A stretch of DNA of 64,000 nucleotides from NCBI GenBank assembly GCA_965203175.1, contig OZ241867.1, positions 3,744,001 to 3,808,000 on the forward strand, in the 5' to 3' direction. The translations under genes and the position numbers were made by a program. The notes below the pieces were generated by a model. It was not told the origin of the DNA. It worked only from the letters and a program-made list of their open reading frames with translations, and searched no databases. The first letter of the stretch is position 1. Each line of letters starts with the position of its first letter. Positions 8,960 to 17,731 of the stretch are shown here, piece after piece. This stretch comes from Candidatus Latescibacterota bacterium. Its GTDB lineage: Bacteria > Latescibacterota > UBA2968 > UBA8231.

Positions 8960-11900
8960 TTGACTGATCTATTCTTTGAACAGCCTGTCCTCAACTCGCC
9001 TTACGAGCGCCCGAGTCGGCATTGGGAACTGGACGAGACCGGACAGCCGACGCAGCAGATCGTTGAAAGCCGCCGACCGGCCGAGTTCGTCACGCCGATT
9101 CCGCAGCCGAAGAGGCGCAAGGGAGCCGCGCAACAGGTTAGTCTGGTGTTTGACGAGGCGGCGCAGAAGCTCGAAGCCGCCGGTCAGCAATACGACCTGA
9201 CGGCCATCATCAACGGGGTTCGCCAACAGGTTGACCGCTGGCGCGACCTGCCGAACCCGAGCCAATGGCAGGTGACCCCAGAGACGGCTCGTCTGCTCCA
9301 GCACTGGCGGCACCACCGCTTTAGTGGCATTCGGCCCTTCTTCTGCCAAGTCGAAGCAGTGGAGACCGCTATTTGGCTCAGCGAAGTTGCGCCTAACACG
9401 CGATCCGGCAGGGACTTCCTCGACCATCTGGAGGCCGCCAACAACAACGCCAATCCAGAACTGCCACTGCCACGATTGGCGCTCAAGTTGGCGACTGGCA
9501 CTGGCAAGACTACGGTCATGGCGATGTTGATCGCTTGGCAGACCGTCAATGCGGTGCGTCGGCCCCAGAGCCGCCGCTTCACGCGCGGTTTCTTGGTGGT
9601 CACGCCCGGCATCACCATCAAAGACCGTCTGCGCGTACTACAGCCGAACGACCCGGACAGTTACTATCAGAGCCGCGAGCTGGTTCCGAACGACATGCTG
9701 CCCGACTTGGAAAAGGCCAAGATTGTCATCACCAACTACCATGCCTTCAAGCTGCGCGAACGCATGGAGCTTTCCAAAGGTGGGCGTTCGTTGCTTCAGG
9801 GACGGGGCGAGACGCTGACGACTCTGGAGACCGAGGGGCAAATGCTGCAGCGGGTGATGCCCGAACTCATGGGTATGAAGAACGTCTTGATCCTCAACGA
9901 CGAGGCGCACCACTGCTATCGAGAAAAGCTGGGTGAGGGAGAGGAAGACGAACTCAAAGGAGATGACAGAAGGGAAGCGGAAAAGAACACGGAGGCGGCG
10001 CGGCTGTGGATTTCGGGGTTGGAAATTGTCGGCGACAAATTGGGCATCAACCGGGTGATGGACTTGTCGGCGACGCCTTTCTTTTTGCGCGGGTCGGGCT
10101 ATGCCGAAGGCACGTTGTTTCCTTGGACGATGTGCGATTTCTCGCTCATGGATGCGATAGAATGCGGTATCGTCAAACTGCCCCGCGTGCCGGTGGCCGA
10201 CAACATCCCCGGCGGCGAAATGCCGAGGTTTCGCAATCTCTGGGAACACATCCGTAGCGACATGCCTAAGAAGGGGCGGGGAAAGGCCAAGACCCTCGAT
10301 CCCCTCAGTTTGCCCTTGGATTTGCTGACCGCCCTAGACGCCCTGTACGGACATTATCAGAAAACTTTTGAGTTGATGGAGAAGAGGAAGGAAGACTATG
10401 AGGTCCCGCCGTGCTTCATCGTGGTCTGCAACAATACCTCGACCTCCAAGCTGGTGTACGACTACATCTCCGGCTTCCAGCGCGAGAACGACGATGGCTC
10501 GACGACGTTGGTAAACGGTCGCTTGGAACTGTTTCGCAATTTTGACGAGCAGGGCAATCAGTATCCACGGCCTCGCACGCTGTTGATCGACAGCGAACAA
10601 TTGGAGTCCGGCGACGCGCTCGATAGCAACTTTCGCAAAATGGCCTCCGACGAGATTGATCGCTTTCGGCGGGAGATTATCGAGCGCACTGGCGACCGGC
10701 GTCAGGCTGAGAACATCAGCGACCAAGAGTTGCTCCGCGAGGTTATGAACACTGTCGGTAAGCAGGGGCGGCTAGGGGATTCGATTCGCTGTGTGGTGTC
10801 GGTGTCGATGCTTACGGAGGGGTGGGATGCGAATACTGTCAGTCACGTGCTGGGCGTGCGCGCCTTTGGGACGCAGTTGCTCTGCGAGCAGGTCATTGGC
10901 CGGGCGCTGCGGCGGCAATCCTACGATCTCAACGAAGACGGCTTGTTCGATGTCGAGTACGCGGATGTCTTGGGCATTCCGTTTGACTTTACGGCCAAGC
11001 CCGTTGTGGCTTCGCCGAAGCAGCCGCGAGAGACTGTCCAGGTGCGAGCTGTGCGGCCCGAACGCGATGCACTGGAGATTCGTTTTCCCCGGGTGGCTGG
11101 ATATCGAGTGGAATTGCCGGAAGAGCAGCTCAAGGCCGAATTCAACAAGGACTCGGTGCTGGAACTGACGCCCGATCTTATTGGTCCGTCGATTACGAGG
11201 AATCAGGGGATTATCGGCGAGGGTGTTAATCTCAATCTGGTGCACACCAACGACCTTCGGACCTCGACCCTTCTGTTTCACCTGACTCAGCGGCTACTCT
11301 ACACCAAGTTCCGCGATCCGGGTGAAGAGCCTAAGCTCTATCTTTTCGGACAGCTCAAGCGCATCGCCAGACAGTGGCTCGATGGTTATCTCGACTGCAA
11401 GGGTGACACTTATCCCGCCCAACTTATGTATCAGGAACTGGCTGACACGGCCTGCGAGCGCATCTTTGCCGCTATCACGCGCGAAGGAATCGACCGTCGT
11501 CCGGTCAAAGCGGTACTCGATCCGTACAATCCCGTTGGCTCGACAGCCTACGTGAATTTCAACACGACCAAGGCTAGCCGCTGGCAGGCTGACCCTCGCC
11601 GTTGCCATATCAATTGGATCGTTCTCGACAGCGGCTGGGAAGAGGAGTTTTGCCGCGTTGCTGAAGCTCATCCGCACGTCAAAGCCTACGTCAAGAACCA
11701 CAATCTCGGCTTGGAAGTACCCTATCGTCTTGGGTCGGAAATGCGGACGTACCTTCCGGACTTTATCGTTCTCGTTGATGATGGCCGTGGTGACGATGAT
11801 CTTCTGAATTTGATCGTTGAGATCAAAGGAGAGCGAAGGGAAGACGCCAAGGCCAAGAAGACGACCATGGATACCTATTGGGTACCTGGTGTGAACAATC

Positions 11901-12001
11901 ACGGAGATTACGGGCGCTGGGCTTTTGCCGAATTCACCGATGTGTTCGGAATGGACGCCGAGTTCGCGCAGTTGGTTGAGGGGTTTCGGGCAGAGGGATA
12001 A
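8960..12001 (+). CDS. Type III-like restriction endonuclease/helicase subunit (Res, BPTD_3080-like)
   Basis: LATGTGKT, DEAHH, DLSATP, MLTEGWD, EQVIGRALRR and a C-terminal YLPDFIV..IVEIKG nuclease motif. Likely TTG start at 8960 (ORF track starts at 8909). Confidence 0.88.
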   Translation: MTDLFFEQPVLNSPYERPSRHWELDETGQPTQQIVESRRPAEFVTPIPQPKRRKGAAQQVSLVFDEAAQKLEAAGQQYDLTAIINGVRQQVDRWRDLPNPSQWQVTPETARLLQHWRHHRFSGIRPFFCQVEAVETAIWLSEVAPNTRSGRDFLDHLEAANNNANPELPLPRLALKLATGTGKTTVMAMLIAWQTVNAVRRPQSRRFTRGFLVVTPGITIKDRLRVLQPNDPDSYYQSRELVPNDMLPDLEKAKIVITNYHAFKLRERMELSKGGRSLLQGRGETLTTLETEGQMLQRVMPELMGMKNVLILNDEAHHCYREKLGEGEEDELKGDDRREAEKNTEAARLWISGLEIVGDKLGINRVMDLSATPFFLRGSGYAEGTLFPWTMCDFSLMDAIECGIVKLPRVPVADNIPGGEMPRFRNLWEHIRSDMPKKGRGKAKTLDPLSLPLDLLTALDALYGHYQKTFELMEKRKEDYEVPPCFIVVCNNTSTSKLVYDYISGFQRENDDGSTTLVNGRLELFRNFDEQGNQYPRPRTLLIDSEQLESGDALDSNFRKMASDEIDRFRREIIERTGDRRQAENISDQELLREVMNTVGKQGRLGDSIRCVVSVSMLTEGWDANTVSHVLGVRAFGTQLLCEQVIGRALRRQSYDLNEDGLFDVEYADVLGIPFDFTAKPVVASPKQPRETVQVRAVRPERDALEIRFPRVAGYRVELPEEQLKAEFNKDSVLELTPDLIGPSITRNQGIIGEGVNLNLVHTNDLRTSTLLFHLTQRLLYTKFRDPGEEPKLYLFGQLKRIARQWLDGYLDCKGDTYPAQLMYQELADTACERIFAAITREGIDRRPVKAVLDPYNPVGSTAYVNFNTTKASRWQADPRRCHINWIVLDSGWEEEFCRVAEAHPHVKAYVKNHNLGLEVPYRLGSEMRTYLPDFIVLVDDGRGDDDLLNLIVEIKGERREDAKAKKTTMDTYWVPGVNNHGDYGRWAFAEFTDVFGMDAEFAQLVEGFRAEG

Positions 12002-12081
12002 GGATCGAACATTGTATTGATAATGTATATACGCCATCGTAAGTTCGACGAACCTATATTAAGCCAGAGGTTACGTGAACC

Positions 12082-13245
12082 ATGACTAGCCGACGCTTGC
12101 AGATAACATTGCAACCTGAGGTCCTGCGGTGGGCGCGAGAGCGAGCAGGCTTTGAGCGTCCGGAACTGGCGCGCAAGCTGCAAGTGAGTCCAGAGCGCGT
12201 GCTGGAGTGGGAACGCAATGGCAAGATCAGTGTTGCACAGGCAGATAGACTCGCCCAACGCACTCATACCGCTCTGGGATTTCTGTACTTGACAGAGCCG
12301 CCCGAAGAACGCTTGCCAATACCCGACTTTCGCACCCGAGATGATGCTCCGCCTCCGAGTTCCGATCTACTTGAGACCATTTACCTTTTGCAGCGACGTC
12401 AGGCATGGATGCGCGATGAGCTTATCGAAGGCGGTGCTGAACCGCTGGATTTCATCGGAGCCTACAGCACGGATGCCCATCCTCGGCAAGTTGGGGCAGC
12501 CATGCGTGATGCGCTGCAGCTTACCGAAGATTGGGCGGAAGAGTTAGGTGCTTGGAGCGATGCGCTACGGCATCTGCGACACTCGGTTGACGTCGCCGGA
12601 GTTCTGGTGTCGTTCAATGGAGTGGTGGGTAATAACGCATATCGAAAGCTAAATCCTGATGAATTTCAGGGCTTCGCCCTCGTGGATGAGTATGCCTCGC
12701 TCGTCTTTGTGAATAGCGCCGATTTCATGGCGGCGCAGATGTTTACTCTGGCTCACGAACTGGCACACCTCTTCATAGCCCAGAGCGGTATCTCCAATTT
12801 AGAAGACTTACAACCGCCGTCGGATGAAATCGAGCAGTTCTGCAACAAGGCCGCTGCCGAATTTCTGATACCGGAAGAAGAGTTACGGGCTTTCTGGCCT
12901 AGTGCCCGACGAACGAATGATCCTTATCAGACTATCGCCTATAGGTTCAAGGTGAGTTCTATCGTGGCCGCGCGCCGGGCACTTGATCTCGATTTGATCG
13001 ACAGGGATGAGTTTCTCCGCTTCTACAACCAAAGGGTCGATGGATGGCGCAGCGATCAGCAGCGTCAGGGAAGTGGGGGCCACTTTTGGAATACTCAGAA
13101 GTGGCGTATCGGCCCTCGTTTTGCCTCTGCCATAGTTCGTGCGGTTGGAGAGGGTCGTTTGCCCTATCGCGAGGCGTACAATCTCACCGGTCTTAAGGGA
13201 GAAGCCTTTGAGAACATGCCGAAAAAGATGGAAATACCGCAGTGA
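12082..13245 (+). CDS. XRE HTH + ImmA/IrrE-family Zn metallopeptidase
   Basis: N-terminal HTH (LRWARERAG..LARKL..WERNG), FTLAHELAH (HExxH) and EQFCNKAAAEFLIP. Confidence 0.88.
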   Translation: MTSRRLQITLQPEVLRWARERAGFERPELARKLQVSPERVLEWERNGKISVAQADRLAQRTHTALGFLYLTEPPEERLPIPDFRTRDDAPPPSSDLLETIYLLQRRQAWMRDELIEGGAEPLDFIGAYSTDAHPRQVGAAMRDALQLTEDWAEELGAWSDALRHLRHSVDVAGVLVSFNGVVGNNAYRKLNPDEFQGFALVDEYASLVFVNSADFMAAQMFTLAHELAHLFIAQSGISNLEDLQPPSDEIEQFCNKAAAEFLIPEEELRAFWPSARRTNDPYQTIAYRFKVSSIVAARRALDLDLIDRDEFLRFYNQRVDGWRSDQQRQGSGGHFWNTQKWRIGPRFASAIVRAVGEGRLPYREAYNLTGLKGEAFENMPKKMEIPQ

Positions 13246-13286
13246 CGAACCCGCGCTTGGACAGAATCAAGAGGAGGAATAAGCTC

Positions 13287-13448
13287 ATGCAGCCAGACCC
13301 AATCGTCGAAGAGGTTCGTAAATCACGCGATGCGTATGCTAAGAGATTCAATTATGACCTAGATGCGATTTGCCGAGATTTACAAGAGAAGCAGAGGCTA
13401 GGCAAAAGAAGAGTGATTTCTTTGCCGCCCAAACGCCCAAAAAAGTGA
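13287..13448 (+). CDS. Small protein of the 'DPIVEEVR' type, usually the partner of a PIN toxin
   Basis: Strong RBS (GAGGAGG) before ATG 13287; MQPDPIVEEVRKSRDAYAKRFNYDLDAICRDL; paralogue at 20644. Confidence 0.6.
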   Translation: MQPDPIVEEVRKSRDAYAKRFNYDLDAICRDLQEKQRLGKRRVISLPPKRPKK

Positions 13449-13455
13449 GGAAGCC

Positions 13456-13659
13456 ATGAAACTGAAAATTGCGATCTATCAAGCGGAAGAAGGCGGATAT
13501 TGGGCAGAAGTACCTTCTATCCCCGGATGTGCGACGCAAGGGGAATCCTTTGAAGAGTTGCTGACCAATCTCTACGAGGCCGTCGAAGGTTGTCTGTCCG
13601 TTGAGGTTTGTGACATTACTGACTCGGGAAAAGCTAGGGTGATCGAAATCGCAGTATGA
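13456..13659 (+). CDS. hicB: HicB-family antitoxin
   Basis: EEGGYWAEVPSIPGCATQGESFEELLTNLYEAV. Confidence 0.88.
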   Translation: MKLKIAIYQAEEGGYWAEVPSIPGCATQGESFEELLTNLYEAVEGCLSVEVCDITDSGKARVIEIAV

Positions 13660-13862
13660 GAGTAGTCAGTGGCAAGCAGTTCTGTAAGCTGCTCGAATCG
13701 CGGGGATGGCAGTTGAAGCGCGTCAACGGAAGCCACTTCATCTACGCCAAGGCGGGAGTTCCTGTTCGTATCTCCGTTCCAGTTCATGGAAATACACTCC
13801 TGAAGCGCGGTCTTCAGAGACACTTGATGAAATTAGCGAGTATTGATGAATCCGAACTGTAA
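13656..13862 (+). CDS. hicA: HicA-family mRNA interferase toxin
   Basis: LLESRGWQLKRVNGSHFIY..ISVPVHG; ATGA overlap with hicB. Confidence 0.88.
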   Translation: MRVVSGKQFCKLLESRGWQLKRVNGSHFIYAKAGVPVRISVPVHGNTLLKRGLQRHLMKLASIDESEL

Positions 13863-13898
13863 CTGAACCAATTTGTGACGGTAGAGGAATTGCAATCA

Positions 13899-16691
13899 AT
13901 GGCAAAACGAAAATCGACTAAGACTGTTGAAACCCTGCGGCACCAGGATGCATCGCGGAAGAATATTCCCACGGCTGAGTATCAGGCGGTGATGGCGGAG
14001 GACGACCGGAATCCGATTAGGGTCGCGTATGAGCGGCGCAATCGGGATCTCGATCCGCAGCTTGTTTGGCGGGGGAAGGATGAGCAGAACTGGTCGGATT
14101 TGGTGGTGCAAGCGCCGCCGCTGTTCATTCAGGAGAAGGTGCAGCCGAAGGTGTTGATTGACGATTTGCGGCAGCGGAGCAAGGAGACGGGGGACGGCGA
14201 AGCTAACTTGCAGACGGATTTGTTCGCGGATTTCAATGGGCTGCCGAGTGCGGACGCGCAGACGGAGTTTTACCAGCACGACGCCAACTGGTCGAATCGG
14301 ATGATCTTAGGCGATAGCTTGCAGGTGATGGCGTCGCTGGCCGAGCGGGAGGGGCTGCGCGGCAAGGTGCAGTGCATCTACATCGACCCGCCCTACGGCA
14401 TCAAGTTCAACTCCAACTTCCAGTGGTCAACAGAAAGTAACGTCGTAAGAGATGGGAATACGGATCACATTACCCGCGAGCCGGAACAGGTCAAGGCGTT
14501 TCGGGATACGTGGCGGGATGGGATCCATTCGTATTTGACGTATTTGCGGGATCGGCTGACGGTGGCGCGGGACTTGTTGACGGAGAGCGGGTCGGTCTTT
14601 GTGCAGATTGGGGAGGAGAATGTGCATCGGGTGCGGGCGTTGATGGATGAGGTGTTTGGGGAACAAAACTTCGTTACTGAGATTAAATTCAAAACGACAA
14701 GCAATCGAACATCTGAATTTGTACCTACGGTCTTTGATTCTATAATGTTATACGCTAAAGACCGAGACAATCTGAAGTTCCGTCGACAATTTCGATCTAA
14801 GGACTATGATGAAGTAACTGAAGACTCATACGGTTGCGTAGAGGAGTCGCCCAATTCTTGGAGAAGACTGACCAGATACGAAAAGGACAATCCAAGTCAA
14901 TCCGAGAAAATCGGACCGCTGTTCGGCTTGAGTGATCTAACTTCGTCTCACGAATATACAAGGGAACCATTCCACTGGTTTCACAAGTCATTCACTACAA
15001 GGCGACGTTACTGGTCGACTTCACATGATGGATTGACTCGTCTAGGTAGAGCTAATCGTCTCTGCGACGCTAACGGAACACTTCGATATAAGCGTTTCTT
15101 CAAAGACACATACGTTTTCGCACTGGACAATATCTGGCATGATCTAGGTAGCGGTTCTCAGACGGAAGAACGAACCTATGTTGTCCAGACGCTCTCGAAA
15201 GCCATCCAACGCTGCATCCTCATGACCACCGATCCCGGCGACCTCGTCCTCGACCCCACCTGCGGCTCCGGCACCACCGCGTACGTCGCCGAGCAGTGGG
15301 GCCGTCGCTGGATCACCATCGACACCTCCCGCGTCGCCCTCGCGCTCGCCCGCTCCCGCGTCATGGGAGCACGCTATCCCTACTACCTGCTCGCCGACAG
15401 TCGCGACGGCCAAATCAAAGAAGCCGAACTCGCCCGCAAAGCCCCCTCGGAGCAGTCCACGTACAACGACATCCGCCAAGGCTTCGTGTACGAGCGCGTC
15501 CCCCACATCACCCTCAAGTCCATCGCCAACAACGCCGAAATCGACGTAATCTATGAGAAATTCCAAGAAACGCTGGAGCCGCTGCGTCAGGAGTTGAACG
15601 ACGCACTAGGCACATCCTACGAGGAATGGGAAATCCCCCGCGACGCCGCCGACGCTTGGCCCGAGGAAGTCAAAAGAATTCACGCGGACTGGTGGGAACA
15701 GCGCATCGCCCGGCAGAAGGAAATCGACGCTTCCATCGCCGCCAAGGCCGACTACGAATACCTCTACGACAAGCCCTACGAAGACAACAAAAAAGTCCGC
15801 GTCGCCGGCCCGTTCACCGTAGAAAGCCTGTCGCCGCACCGCCTGTTAGGCGTCGATGAAAACGACGAACTCATCGACAACGTCGCCGAAGCCAAGTTAG
15901 GGTACGGCGAAAAGCAGGACTTCGCCGAGATGATCCTCGACAATCTCAAAACCTCCGGCGTCCAACAGGCGCACAAAGACGACCGCATCTCGTTTTCCGG
16001 GATCAGACCCTGGCCCGGCTACCACGTCTGCGCCGAAGGAACCTACGTCGAAGGCACCAGCGACTCGGGCGCTGAAAAACGCGCTGGCATCTTCGTCGGC
16101 CCGGAATTCGGCACCGTCTCCCGCCCCGATCTCGTCTCAGCGGTGCGCGAGGCCGCGGACGCCGACTTCGACGTGCTGGTCGCCTGCGCCTTCAACTACG
16201 ACGCCCACGCCTCGGAGTTCAACAAACTCGGCCGCGTCCCCGTCCTCAAGGCCCGCATGAACGCCGACCTCCACATGGCCGACGATCTCAAAAACACCGG
16301 CAAAGGCAACCTCTTCGTCATCTTCGGCGAACCAGACATCGACATCCTCGACGCGGAAGACAGCCAAATCCAAGTCAAGGTCAACGGCGTCGACGTATTC
16401 CACCCCAACACCGGCGAAATCCGCAGCGACAGCGCCGACGGCATCGCCTGCTGGTTCGTCGATACCGACTACAACGAGGAAAGCTTCTTCGTCCGCCACG
16501 CCTACTTCCTCGGTGCTAACGACCCGTACAAATCGCTGCGAACGACGCTCAAAACCGAGGTCAACCAAGAAGCCTGGGAAACCCTCCACAGAGACACCTC
16601 CCGACCTTTCGCCAAGCCGACGTCAGGCCGGATTGCGGTGAAGGTGATCAATCATTTGGGGGACGAGGTGATGAAGGTGTTTCGGGTGTGA
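13899..16691 (+). CDS. Type III-like N6-adenine DNA methyltransferase (Mod)
   Basis: IYIDPPYG (motif IV) precedes VLDPTCGSGTT (motif I), i.e. beta-class order, with a variable target-recognition region between them. Confidence 0.9.
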   Translation: MAKRKSTKTVETLRHQDASRKNIPTAEYQAVMAEDDRNPIRVAYERRNRDLDPQLVWRGKDEQNWSDLVVQAPPLFIQEKVQPKVLIDDLRQRSKETGDGEANLQTDLFADFNGLPSADAQTEFYQHDANWSNRMILGDSLQVMASLAEREGLRGKVQCIYIDPPYGIKFNSNFQWSTESNVVRDGNTDHITREPEQVKAFRDTWRDGIHSYLTYLRDRLTVARDLLTESGSVFVQIGEENVHRVRALMDEVFGEQNFVTEIKFKTTSNRTSEFVPTVFDSIMLYAKDRDNLKFRRQFRSKDYDEVTEDSYGCVEESPNSWRRLTRYEKDNPSQSEKIGPLFGLSDLTSSHEYTREPFHWFHKSFTTRRRYWSTSHDGLTRLGRANRLCDANGTLRYKRFFKDTYVFALDNIWHDLGSGSQTEERTYVVQTLSKAIQRCILMTTDPGDLVLDPTCGSGTTAYVAEQWGRRWITIDTSRVALALARSRVMGARYPYYLLADSRDGQIKEAELARKAPSEQSTYNDIRQGFVYERVPHITLKSIANNAEIDVIYEKFQETLEPLRQELNDALGTSYEEWEIPRDAADAWPEEVKRIHADWWEQRIARQKEIDASIAAKADYEYLYDKPYEDNKKVRVAGPFTVESLSPHRLLGVDENDELIDNVAEAKLGYGEKQDFAEMILDNLKTSGVQQAHKDDRISFSGIRPWPGYHVCAEGTYVEGTSDSGAEKRAGIFVGPEFGTVSRPDLVSAVREAADADFDVLVACAFNYDAHASEFNKLGRVPVLKARMNADLHMADDLKNTGKGNLFVIFGEPDIDILDAEDSQIQVKVNGVDVFHPNTGEIRSDSADGIACWFVDTDYNEESFFVRHAYFLGANDPYKSLRTTLKTEVNQEAWETLHRDTSRPFAKPTSGRIAVKVINHLGDEVMKVFRV

Positions 16692-16721
16692 CTCCACCCT
16701 TACAAACTTGGGAGATACCTT

Positions 16722-17711
16722 ATGGCCAGCGCTGATCAACTCAAGGCACTGCTAAAGTCACACTTGGAAGGCGACGACGACCGCTTCTTCTCTGTCGCCA
16801 TACAGGTTGCTGCCCACGAAGCGAAACTGGGTCACGGCAAGCTTGCCGAAGAACTGCGGACCATGATTGACGAAGCCAAGGGCCGGCGTGGCACGGGTTC
16901 GCTGGTGCCGATTGGCCGCCCGCACGGCGAATTGGCGAACCTTCTGGAAGCCTCCTACCCTAAGGCTCGGCTGGGCTCGATGATTATGGGCGATACTCTG
17001 GCCTATCAGATAGAGCGCATCATTCGTGAGCAACGCCATGCCGGGCGGATTGTGGAGCATGGCCTCTCGCCCAGACGCAAGCTGCTGCTGACAGGTCCTC
17101 CCGGCACGGGCAAGACCCTGACGGCTACCGTCCTAGCCGGAGAACTCGGCCTTCCCCTTTTTCAAGTCCGACTCGACGGCCTCATCACTAAGTACATGGG
17201 AGAAACCGCAGCCAAGCTACGACAGATATTCGATGCCACAAGCCGGACACGTGGCATCTACTTCTTCGACGAGTTCGACGCTATCGGTTCGCAGCGCGGA
17301 CTCACCAACGATGTGGGCGAGATTCGCCGAGTGCTGAACAGCTTCTTGCAGATGATCGAGCAAGACCGCTCTCACAGCCTCGTCGTCGCGGCAACGAATC
17401 ACCCCGGAATACTTGATCCGGCGCTCTTCCGCCGCTTCGACGACATTCTGCATTACGACCTGCCCGACAAGTCGCAGATCGTGAAGCTCTTGAAGACACG
17501 TCTCGCTGGAATGGCTGTTAAGGGGGTCCGATGGGGGAACTTGGCCGATTTAGCGATGGGGTTGAGTTACGCGGAAGTCACTCGCACTACGAACGAGATC
17601 CTGAAAGATGTGCTGATCCATGAACGTGCTCGGGTCTATACAGAGGATATCCGAACGATGCTCACCGAGCGCAAAAGTGTCGCCGAGAGACTACGCAAGA
17701 AAAGCGAGTAA
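16722..17711 (+). CDS. AAA+ ATPase, IetA-like
   Basis: GPPGTGKT, FFDEFDAIG and AATNHPGILDPALFRRFD; directly upstream of an S8 protease. Confidence 0.88.
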   Translation: MASADQLKALLKSHLEGDDDRFFSVAIQVAAHEAKLGHGKLAEELRTMIDEAKGRRGTGSLVPIGRPHGELANLLEASYPKARLGSMIMGDTLAYQIERIIREQRHAGRIVEHGLSPRRKLLLTGPPGTGKTLTATVLAGELGLPLFQVRLDGLITKYMGETAAKLRQIFDATSRTRGIYFFDEFDAIGSQRGLTNDVGEIRRVLNSFLQMIEQDRSHSLVVAATNHPGILDPALFRRFDDILHYDLPDKSQIVKLLKTRLAGMAVKGVRWGNLADLAMGLSYAEVTRTTNEILKDVLIHERARVYTEDIRTMLTERKSVAERLRKKSE

Positions 17712-17731
17712 CGGAAGGATTACGGCATCAA

